This document shows positions 1-8,197 of a stretch of 64,000 bases of DNA, in pieces. The first letter of the stretch is position 1; every line of letters starts with the position of its first letter. Made by a program: the position numbers and the translations under genes. The stretch lies in sequence record OR608733.1, one strand, 5' to 3'. Below the pieces are notes generated by a model, which had not been told where the DNA came from, searched no databases, and saw only the letters and a list, made by a program, of their open reading frames with translations.

Positions 1-127
1 TTTATAAGCTATAACTACAATTGTAATCATAATCAATTTTTTCTTCATTGTAAATACCCTATAGTTTTATCACATTTGTGATATACTGTTTAAAATGCTT
101 TAAATACAAAAAATAAAAAAAAGCATA

Positions 128-151
128 ATCCCTCCCAACTAAGGGAGGGAT
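128..151 (-). terminator. Intrinsic terminator after the helicase gene
   Basis: Stem ATCCCTCCC/GGGAGGGAT with a 6-nt loop; A-run to its left gives a U-rich tail on the minus strand. Confidence 0.8.
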
Positions 152-166
152 CATTTATGCCATTTA

Positions 167-1705
167 CTATAAACGCATCATGCGCATACTTTTAGTTTTA
201 CCCATGAAATGATTTTCTTTATTTCTAGCGTATCTGCAATGATGAGGTATGTTATTACAAACCATGAATGTTAACCTTGGTATTACATCAGGCCAGTTCT
301 TCAATGGTCTTAGTCGTCCAAGAATTTGGATGCTGTCCTTTTTAGAGTCAGTTGCTTGTAATAGAATAACTTCCCTTAAATTCCTAATATCAACACCAGT
401 ACCAGATGATTTAATAGTTGATACAGTGATATCATTAGTCATTAATCTATCATACGGACTACCCGAAACATGTCTATTAATCTGAAGATCTGGATATTGT
501 TTCTTAAGATAAGCTGTCAGTACATCGATAAAGTTTACAGTCGCGCATAATAGCAAACATTTCTGACCTTCAATACGATCCTTTATATAAACGCCATCTA
601 CAATACGTTTAACCATCTTTAAATAGAAGTCTAGTCGCCTAGGATTCTTCATCATTACTGTTTCATAACGAGCATGGTTATATGTATTTTTAAATGGAGT
701 TAAATAGTCCTTAGGTTTAATAGTTGGTTCACTATACAACAAGCCAATAACATTGATGTATGAGTCATATGCAGGTAACCTACACTTTGTAGTAGCAGGT
801 AGCATGACATCAATCATTTTAGTAACAAACTGATTACCAGTGTATGGGGTAGCTGATAAATAGATTTGTTTATTGACATTGGTATATAGATCAGTACGAA
901 ATACTAATCCTGGATCTTCTTGAATCTCATCATTGATCTGCCAACCTGCTCCAATAACCTCATGGAATCTAGGTGGTGGTACATTAAATCCAACTACATC
1001 GATTTTTTCACCTAATCGTTCAAAAGTATCGATATATGCACGGTATGTTGTAGAACTAATGAGAATAATTTCAACACCCTCTAAATCATTCTCTAGGCCG
1101 CGATTAATTAGATTCTGTAATTCAGCAGATCCTGATACTTTTAAATATTTTATACCTAGCTGATCTTCATAACCAACAAATGTTTCTTTTAATGCTTTCT
1201 CCCAAATACCGAAATATTTAGGTGGAATCATAACAACACCACGTTCTTTCATTACTGCAACTGAAGCTAAACTAGTTAAGGTTTTACCTTTACCAGTCTG
1301 TAAATCAACACGTGCTGAATGTAAATGTGGTCTTAGAATATCTTCGCGGATGGTTTCCTGATAATCCCTTAGAACATAATGTTCAAATAAAGTATAGTCT
1401 ACTTTAACAGCTGCTGGTACAGGAATATCTACAATTTCAATTCTAGTAGATGGTATATTCTTATCGGCCAGATAATTAATAAGTTCTTGAAGACATTCAC
1501 GATGGATGAATACAGATTTACCATCTTCTGTTTCACCATAATATTTTTTCTTTATTTCCATTATGGTGCGTTGACCAGGTATCTTCTTAGGTTCTTTTAA
1601 AACCAGTTTATTAAGATATCCAGTCATCTTTAAGTATGTTTCCCGATCGTAACCGGATAAACGAACACCATGGGTGTATCGTTCTGCTGTAAGAATCGGT
1701 TTCAT
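167..1705 (-). CDS. SF2 (DExD/H-like) helicase, phiKZ gp75-like
   Basis: Motifs LRDYQ, QTGKGKT (Walker A), NDEIQ (Walker B), SAT, GTGVDI and QILGRLR. ATG 1705 (MKPIL) is preferred because the longer track ORF runs through the 1727-1743 hairpin and overlaps the next gene. Confidence 0.88.
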   Translation of the reverse strand: MKPILTAERYTHGVRLSGYDRETYLKMTGYLNKLVLKEPKKIPGQRTIMEIKKKYYGETEDGKSVFIHRECLQELINYLADKNIPSTRIEIVDIPVPAAVKVDYTLFEHYVLRDYQETIREDILRPHLHSARVDLQTGKGKTLTSLASVAVMKERGVVMIPPKYFGIWEKALKETFVGYEDQLGIKYLKVSGSAELQNLINRGLENDLEGVEIILISSTTYRAYIDTFERLGEKIDVVGFNVPPPRFHEVIGAGWQINDEIQEDPGLVFRTDLYTNVNKQIYLSATPYTGNQFVTKMIDVMLPATTKCRLPAYDSYINVIGLLYSEPTIKPKDYLTPFKNTYNHARYETVMMKNPRRLDFYLKMVKRIVDGVYIKDRIEGQKCLLLCATVNFIDVLTAYLKKQYPDLQINRHVSGSPYDRLMTNDITVSTIKSSGTGVDIRNLREVILLQATDSKKDSIQILGRLRPLKNWPDVIPRLTFMVCNNIPHHCRYARNKENHFMGKTKSMRMMRL

Positions 1706-1726
1706 AAAAAAATCAACGATCGGTAA

Positions 1727-1743
1727 GGGGAGCAGTGCTCCCC
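1727..1743 (-). terminator. Hairpin between the gp74-like gene and the helicase
   Basis: GGGGAGC-AGT-GCTCCCC; the minus-strand U-run lies about 15 nt downstream, so termination may be weak. Confidence 0.5.
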
Positions 1744-1763
1744 AAACCTCACGTCCTCCACGT

Positions 1764-3797
1764 CTATCGCAGTTTACCACCTTTAACTAGTAAGTCATAT
1801 GGATGGTCATTCCTCATCTTGTTAAGGAAACTGCCTGGGTTATTTAGTGGCTCATGCTGCTTTTCGAAAGCCATCGCACCACCTAAACTACGACATTGCA
1901 TTAGTCTATTATATTTTTCAAATTGACCATTAATGCCGGGTTTAGGTAAACGATAGTCTCGATATTGAGCTGAACGGATCATCATAGCGTATATCAAGAT
2001 CTCACAATGGGAAATATTAAGGCTAATCTTTTCATTAGCCATTGTTGCAAATACAGGTAGTGCTTCAATTGGTGACTTGTAGTTTTTAAGATACGTTTTA
2101 GATGTATATCCAACTTTCTCAGTGCTTAGTTTACCTGCCTCGGCTGAGTCACTACCGGAATGTAAGAAACTTTGGAATCGTTTCATTACTTCATACATGT
2201 TTACGTGCTTATTTGGTAGCGTTAAGAATGGTAGGTTAAAATCAAAACCACGAAGACTAATGACGATATTGTCTCGCTGATCTAGTTCCCAACGGACCAT
2301 CTTAATATGCTTTAGCATTTCAATAGATAGACTAGCCCTACGGTTATACAGCGACACAGTCAGAACATCACCACACTCACCATTTACCTCATCATCATAG
2401 ACTAAGGCCAGGCTGGTTAGTTCAGTAGCTGAAGTAGCTGGATATGCAGTAAGGTCATCAATCATTAAAATGTCAGCAAGGTTTTCTGCCTCTGACCGTG
2501 CGATTACTAAACGATAATCCTTCTGAGTAAGTTCTTTCTTTAGATATAGTGTCTCTGGGATTTCACCTGTTCTTAAATAATTACTTTCAATTTTGCCAAG
2601 TTTATATTGTTCTACAGCAGAAGACGCATCGGTGTGTTTAGTAGACAATACTGCTGAAGTAATTTTGTCACCCATCGATACGGCAGCAACCTGACCGATA
2701 TTAGTTCCTTTTGGAATATTGATACCTAGTCGGCCATAACAAGTCATACAGATACCCTGACTATCTGGATGATTACATCCAAATACAGACCTGAATTTCT
2801 GTTTAGTTCCAATTAGGTGTGTTTCATTTCCACGGATCCAGTCTAGTTTACCATCTTCTTTTTGATAATATTTTCCTTTGAATGCTTTTAAAGTTAACTT
2901 AGTTACAGGATACTCAGCTAAGATTGTGGTCTTACAATCACCAGGATGTAGCCTTTGGACATATTGTGCAATAAGCTGAGATTTCCGGTTAAAGTATTCA
3001 GTTACTCGCAGTAGTTCTTTGTTATATAGTAGTGCTTTAGTACCTGAACGAGATTCAATCATATTCTCATACAGATTCCAAATACCATCAATATAACCAG
3101 TTGTTACCGGATATTTAAAGATATCTGAGTTAATGTCAGTTGGAAAGCCCCGCCAAGCAAATGCTTGTAGAAGCTGTTCAGTTTTCTGAGTACCAGAACG
3201 AAGACCTTCAATGATGCTGTTACCAATGAATTGGGTAGGATCATTAAATACTTCTTTGACTTTACCATAACTAATTTTTTCGATACCATAAGTAGTTGGT
3301 TCGATATTATGGTTAGCCTCACGTACCTTGGGATGATTATATACTTCAGCAATATCAAACATCGACAAGGTTGCTAGATATTCAGACAGTTTCACAGTGG
3401 TCTGATTATACAGCCAGTTCTTACCTTCAATAGCCAGTTTAGATAGTACTTCAGGATCTACTGTTTCACCTGACCAATCATAGATGTTCCAAATAGCCTT
3501 ATTTAAATGCTTAACCATGGCCTTAGATGTTACTCGGCCACCTTCAACATTTAGATAATCTTTAGGGTTATCAGTTAAGATGCGATTGAAATCGATATGG
3601 TGATCAGATGGAATTGGGCAATCTTTATAATGTTTAAGAGGATACCAACACAGAACGGATAATTTGGTAATACGGTCAACTGACACAACCGTTTTACCAT
3701 CATCAAATTCGATTAGATGCCATTCTGAAGGGAGTGACCATAAATCATCATAACTTAGATTTAGAAGATCACGTGCTTTATAACGATTAAGATTCAT
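1764..3797 (-). CDS. nvRNAP beta-prime-like subunit, C-terminal part (gp74-like)
   Basis: Zn-binding CNHPDSQGICMTCYG and NIGQVAAVSMGDKITSAVLSTKH (equivalent to beta-prime AVG..AAQSIGEPGTQLT.RTFH); 677 aa; synteny. Confidence 0.92.
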   Translation of the reverse strand: MNLNRYKARDLLNLSYDDLWSLPSEWHLIEFDDGKTVVSVDRITKLSVLCWYPLKHYKDCPIPSDHHIDFNRILTDNPKDYLNVEGGRVTSKAMVKHLNKAIWNIYDWSGETVDPEVLSKLAIEGKNWLYNQTTVKLSEYLATLSMFDIAEVYNHPKVREANHNIEPTTYGIEKISYGKVKEVFNDPTQFIGNSIIEGLRSGTQKTEQLLQAFAWRGFPTDINSDIFKYPVTTGYIDGIWNLYENMIESRSGTKALLYNKELLRVTEYFNRKSQLIAQYVQRLHPGDCKTTILAEYPVTKLTLKAFKGKYYQKEDGKLDWIRGNETHLIGTKQKFRSVFGCNHPDSQGICMTCYGRLGINIPKGTNIGQVAAVSMGDKITSAVLSTKHTDASSAVEQYKLGKIESNYLRTGEIPETLYLKKELTQKDYRLVIARSEAENLADILMIDDLTAYPATSATELTSLALVYDDEVNGECGDVLTVSLYNRRASLSIEMLKHIKMVRWELDQRDNIVISLRGFDFNLPFLTLPNKHVNMYEVMKRFQSFLHSGSDSAEAGKLSTEKVGYTSKTYLKNYKSPIEALPVFATMANEKISLNISHCEILIYAMMIRSAQYRDYRLPKPGINGQFEKYNRLMQCRSLGGAMAFEKQHEPLNNPGSFLNKMRNDHPYDLLVKGGKLR

Positions 3798-3827
3798 TAT
3801 TTACCTCTTGTATTATTAAACCCCTGA

Positions 3828-4751
3828 TCAATGATCAGGGGCATATTCTAATGCAATACCACTACATTCAAGCAGGTGATCAAACATAGCTACTGGGCGA
3901 GATCCACCAAATGGAATCTTTTCACGATCAACTGCAACTGGTACAGATGAAGGTTTTTCTGCTGTTAGCCAAGACTCGATAACCGCAGCATGCGCCAATG
4001 GGTTATTAGTTTGGTCTAAGATTTCAGCAGTCGGACCTGGACCAACTGTACAGTTATATGACCGAGTTTCAGATTCACCGAATGATCGAATAGCTGTTTC
4101 TCGACCAGGAGTACTAGCCCTATCAGCGTTGTTTAACTTAGAAGGTAGACCAAATGGTTGTGTTTTTACAGATGCTGCTGCTGACCAGTCTTCACCAATC
4201 TTTTCTAGTAGCATCATGTAAAGTGGACCCATTAAGACATTGTCTTTAGTTGTTACCCACTTACCAGCTTGATCTCGATAAGATACCTTCCCATAGTGTG
4301 GTCGATACTTATCGCTATTAATTAATTTGTTGACTGCTGCCATTAGATCCACTGGATCATCAACTGGTGCGTAGATATATGGGAATCCATCCATTAGTAC
4401 TGTTTTAACATGTTCTGCTGGATTTGGGTGTTCCATCATTTTACTATGCATTGTTGGAGCAATGATCTCATAGAAACCTAATAGTTCTTTAAATGCATAA
4501 TCAACCCATTGCGTATTACCCATTACACTATTTAGTTGTTGCTGGGTTGGTTTGGCATGTCGATCTAGTCCAGCTTCAACGCGTAGGCGTTGAGCTAGAT
4601 CTCGTGCAGCTGCGCCAAAACCATGTTCATAAATTCGACCATAATTTGAACGACGCATGGTTGAACCACCAAAGATAATTAGATCTGCCCTATTACCATT
4701 TTCGTCAATAGGCATATCTTCATCTTCCATTACCTTACAGATGACGCCCTT
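3828..4751 (-). CDS. nvRNAP beta-like subunit gp71-73, exon 2
   Basis: The frame extends upstream of ATG 4730 as KGVICKV-MEDEDMP..D(L)I, completing beta motif HGxKGV; also RSNYGRIYE and IRSFGESETR. Confidence 0.92.
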   Translation of the reverse strand, partial: KGVICKVMEDEDMPIDENGNRADLIIFGGSTMRRSNYGRIYEHGFGAAARDLAQRLRVEAGLDRHAKPTQQQLNSVMGNTQWVDYAFKELLGFYEIIAPTMHSKMMEHPNPAEHVKTVLMDGFPYIYAPVDDPVDLMAAVNKLINSDKYRPHYGKVSYRDQAGKWVTTKDNVLMGPLYMMLLEKIGEDWSAAASVKTQPFGLPSKLNNADRASTPGRETAIRSFGESETRSYNCTVGPGPTAEILDQTNNPLAHAAVIESWLTAEKPSSVPVAVDREKIPFGGSRPVAMFDHLLECSGIALEYAPDH

Positions 4752-5058
4752 CGTTATGTTCAGGTAAGTTCGCTACGCTTACCCCGCCTCTCGTATTGCA
4801 GGCAGCTGCATGTCACCATGCAGACCAGACTATATCTTAACCTTCACCCTAGGTGGTCAGGTCCCTCCCATTTCCACTCGCTTGAGTGTACTCCGCGTAA
4901 CCGGATAGTCGTTGAACGTTCAATCCATTTCTGGAAAGCTTCGCTGCTGATTGTCTCATTGAGATGTCCCAGCAATTAGAGAGGATTTACTTGACTCTTT
5001 CGAGATCAAGCAGGCAATTTGACAATATCCATTCCTGAGAGATGGATGGATATTAATT
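4752..5058 (-). ncRNA. Group I self-splicing intron, 307 nt, no ORF
   Basis: Core elements P AAUUGCUGGGAC, Q AAUCAGCAG, R GUUCAACGACUA and S AAGAUAUAGUC; exon 1 ends in U (5059) and the intron ends in G (4752); excision restores HGG|KGVICKV in frame. Confidence 0.93.
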
Positions 5059-6237
5059 ACCACCATGAAAATCAGTCATCTTGAAAGCACCAGCAGGCAT
5101 CTTTTGGGCTTTGTAAGTTACTTCGACTCGCCATTCATCTAGTGGGTCTAGTCGATAGAATCGAGATAGTTTACGGACATTATCAGGTTGAGGTAGGAAC
5201 ATCTGTGCAGTTACAATAAGACGTTCAAATTCCTCAGTGATATGTAGATCATCTTTACGACGTGCTAATAGACCACGATAGATCTTTAATAGTTCTCGAT
5301 AATAACTGCTAAGATGAGTATGATATTTAACTAATTGTGCATCCATCCCTGTTGGAGTGGGTGATGGATTTACACGCTCATCTCGCCAGATATCAATATC
5401 AATAACCTTCGCACCAGGTGTGCCAATAACAGCTCTATCGAAAGTTCTATCTAGTGTACGAAGTGCCCTAGGAGTCATCTCGGCAGGAGCTAGATCATCA
5501 TCATGGTCACGGATGGCGAAGATTACGCCATCTGGTCGGATAACATCACCAATGTCTGGGAATGGTTTATAGACCTTATCATCGCCATACATGTTTAAGA
5601 AGAAAGCTTTCCTACCAGCATTAGCTACAGCCGTGCTATAACTAGTTGGCATCATCCTTTTAAGGAAATTCTTATTAGCTACGAATCCATCTTCAATGGT
5701 ACCAGCGGCAGATAGGAATACAACATTAGCATTAACACCCATCCCTAAAGTACCGTCTTTCTTAACTGCACCAGACTGTGCAATCACTGTGTCTTTAGAG
5801 AACATTTCATTTGGGGCAATGGTTTCCCACACTTCTCGATTCTTTACAAGTTCATAACCAAAGTCTTGGTGATGACTCATGTACTCGGGAACATGTAAGA
5901 CACCAATGGTTTTATATTTGTCAAAATAGTTTTCGTAGATAATAGTTGTTACCGGGTTAGATCTAATACTGTCTTTACCAATACCCGTTGGATATTTTCT
6001 AAGAACATGTAGTACACGACAATCCTCAGGAAAACGAACATCATGTGTATACTTGGCATACTCTAATTCAGCACCCGTTAGGAAATAACGCGATTCATTT
6101 CCATTTACTTCTGGTGCCTGGCCAATATGTGTTACAAACATAGCACCCCGTGCAGATGAGGTAGTGCCATACCAAGGATCTAAACCAGTATGCCCTAATA
6201 GGGTTAGATCAATTTCACGTTTACCTAGTTCAGCCAT
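5059..6237 (-). CDS. nvRNAP beta-like subunit gp71-73, exon 1 (spliced product 700 aa from ATG 6237)
   Basis: SARGAMFVTHIGQA, GVNANVVFL..GTIEDGFV and FKMTDFHGG are RNAP beta motifs; the unspliced frame stops 2 codons into the intron. Confidence 0.92.
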
Positions 6238-6343
6238 TTTGTTTATCACCATTAATTAGACAAGATGCAGTACTACTATATTTCTTATTTGCACTGTTTT
6301 TAGATATAGCCTTTTGTAAGACTTCAATGTCTGGTATCACCAA
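6230..6343 (-). CDS. Putative 37-aa leader ORF (below track cutoff)
   Basis: AGGAGG 7 nt before TTG 6343; MVIPDIEVLQKAISKNSANKKYSSTASCLINGDKQNG; its TGA lies inside the first codons of gp71 (ATGGCTGA). Confidence 0.45.
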   Translation of the reverse strand: MVIPDIEVLQKAISKNSANKKYSSTASCLINGDKQNG

Positions 6344-6376
6344 TTACATACCTCCTGTTTACTAATTACAAATCAA

Positions 6377-6400
6377 TGATATAGATCTTAAATAAAATTT
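6377..6400 (-). promoter_or_regulatory. Early (virion RNAP) promoter motif upstream of gp71
   Basis: Minus strand AAATTTTATTTAAGATCTATATCA matches the A-rich..AGATNTATAT(T/C)A motif seen 8 times here; phiKZ early consensus TATATTAC. Confidence 0.7.
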
Positions 6401-6413
6401 ATTGGAATTTGTT

Positions 6414-6776
6414 ATGGCATTCACACTGTTAGCTAATCAGCCAGATTCAGGTGAATCTGTTTATTATGAACCAGGGTTCAGATTAATTATTGAGACTCAT
6501 TTGAATATCTTACGTAATGTCAGATCCACACGTATTCAGATTCCACCTGAACTGTATTATCAGTTCGAAGGAAACTTTTATGGATACATGGCAGAACGCC
6601 GTGTCAATCCTGATATGTGGTGGATTCAAATGCGTGTTAATGGTTTAGTTAGCCCTTATGATTTTGGTAAAGTTCTAAGGGATCCTTCAGCTAATGATTA
6701 CACCAGCTATTTAATCATACCGAATAACGACATGATTCAACACCTCGTTAGCTTATATCAAACTAAAAAGTTTTAA
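6414..6776 (+). CDS. Small conserved protein, possible LysM/T4 gp53-like baseplate wedge protein
   Basis: Clean ORF between a promoter and a terminator; segment FYGYMAERRVNPDMWWIQMRVNGLVSPYDF resembles the WWxIxxxNxIxxP pattern of gp53/LysM proteins (by eye). Confidence 0.55.
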   Translation: MAFTLLANQPDSGESVYYEPGFRLIIETHLNILRNVRSTRIQIPPELYYQFEGNFYGYMAERRVNPDMWWIQMRVNGLVSPYDFGKVLRDPSANDYTSYLIIPNNDMIQHLVSLYQTKKF

Positions 6777-6782
6777 AGCAAG

Positions 6783-6806
6783 CCAGGGGACCCTTAGGCC
6801 CCCTGG
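6783..6806. terminator. Bidirectional terminator at a convergent junction
   Basis: CCAGGGG...CCCCTGG between two convergent stop codons. Confidence 0.75.
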
Positions 6807-6817
6807 TTTATGCCGTG

Positions 6818-8197
6818 TTACAGTAGACGCCCCATCATTTGGTTTCCACCTAGATTCATCATCGCGGTGTTACCATTACCAGCTAGAGCGGGGTTTAGTG
6901 CTTGTGCAAATCCACCACCCATCGGCATTTGATTGCCCATGAGTTGCATCATTTGCGGATGCATATTAGCCATCATTGGTTGCTGTGGCTGCATCATCCC
7001 AGGCATTGCAAAGTTATTGTTCATCATAACAGGTTGTTGCATCATTCCGGGTTGAGCAAATTGGTTTTTCTGCCCAGCGTTTAGAAGATCTTGGATAGAT
7101 GCTTTATTGCTAGTTTGAACTTGTTGTGCGGGACGTTGAGGTGCCTGAGTCATTGCTACAGCTTGACTCATAGATGGATTAACATTCACAGTTGTGCCTA
7201 CTGGTACACGTGTAGAAGTAGTTTGTTCTTTAGCAGTATTACCCACTTTAACTACACTATCCTTTTTCTGGACAGGGATTTGGGCAACTGGGTTTACAGT
7301 TTCAGAAGCTTCTTCTTCTACTTCATTGCTGACTCCTTCATTACCATCAAGAGAGGGGATCTCACGTTGCATCTTTGCAAAATCAGCAATCACCTTCTCA
7401 TCAACTTTTGAATAAGGTTGAATAGCATCATCGAAGATCAGGCGATACTTATCAATAACACTATTTAGTTGAGTAGTGATTTTGTTAAATGCCTGGATAA
7501 GACATACAAAATAAGGTGCTACCCGCTCAACTGTTCCTGCTGAATATTCAGTTGGTGAATCACCAAATGGTACAACTAGTTTAAATAGTTCGATTAGAAC
7601 TGGCCGCTGTTTCTTAGGTACATTTACTCCAAGGATATCATCTTTAGAATAAAGATCCTCTACGATAGGGAACCGAATAACGCAGATACGGTTAACTGTC
7701 TTCCCATCAAATTTACCATTTGCTTTTAGATACACGCTTACAAAACGTGAACGTTTTTCAGCAGCTTTGACAACCTTATTAAACCACTCAATGGTATCTG
7801 GCTTAGCACCGGATAGTTTCTTTAGGAAGTCTGAACATTCTGGTGGAATGTCTTTATGCAGAGTGGAGTCGGCAGCTACTTCTAAAATACGTGAAGTAAG
7901 ATACTTCACAGTAAACATTAGATTAGCCTTAACTTGACGCTGCATATGCTGTAGTACTTGAGAAGTACCTAGCCGAGAGATCTTTTCAGATAGCGGGTGG
8001 AAGGCGATGTAATCATCGCCTAGCCCTTTACGAAGCCAATCTTTAGTAGGTACCACTAGTCGCTTACCATCTACCTTTGCAGGTGCAGGTCGACCAAGTG
8101 GATCGAGAATACTGATCATATCCTCTTCACCTACTTTGTATCGGAAAGCAGGTAATACTTGATCACTATAGAACTTGGAAAGAGAAATCGTAGGCAT
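6818..8197 (-). CDS. Conserved hypothetical protein with Gln/Met/Asn-rich C-terminal low-complexity tail (gp70-like)
   Basis: Long ORF directly downstream of picA; start at MPTIS (8197) or the track start 8209. Confidence 0.85.
   Translation of the reverse strand: MPTISLSKFYSDQVLPAFRYKVGEEDMISILDPLGRPAPAKVDGKRLVVPTKDWLRKGLGDDYIAFHPLSEKISRLGTSQVLQHMQRQVKANLMFTVKYLTSRILEVAADSTLHKDIPPECSDFLKKLSGAKPDTIEWFNKVVKAAEKRSRFVSVYLKANGKFDGKTVNRICVIRFPIVEDLYSKDDILGVNVPKKQRPVLIELFKLVVPFGDSPTEYSAGTVERVAPYFVCLIQAFNKITTQLNSVIDKYRLIFDDAIQPYSKVDEKVIADFAKMQREIPSLDGNEGVSNEVEEEASETVNPVAQIPVQKKDSVVKVGNTAKEQTTSTRVPVGTTVNVNPSMSQAVAMTQAPQRPAQQVQTSNKASIQDLLNAGQKNQFAQPGMMQQPVMMNNNFAMPGMMQPQQPMMANMHPQMMQLMGNQMPMGGGFAQALNPALAGNGNTAMMNLGGNQMMGRLL

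Noticed and set aside
3822-3840. Inverted repeat CCCTGATCA-A-TGATCAGGG over the gp73 stop
   Set aside because: A 1-nt loop and no U-tract; it largely lies in coding sequence and there is no further support for a function.
3828-4730. 300-aa ORF as an independent gene, or a frameshifted pseudogene of the beta subunit
   Set aside because: Explained by group I intron splicing that restores HGGKGVICKV.
249-5572. Short alternative-frame and antisense ORFs (249-485, 933-1163, 1735-1926, 3104-3358, 4493-4678, 5357-5572)
   Set aside because: Shadow ORFs over well-supported genes, with no SD or motifs.
6902-7415. His/Trp-rich plus-strand ORFs
   Set aside because: Antisense read-out of the Met/Gln low-complexity tail (ATG/CAA reverse to CAT/TTG); an artefact.
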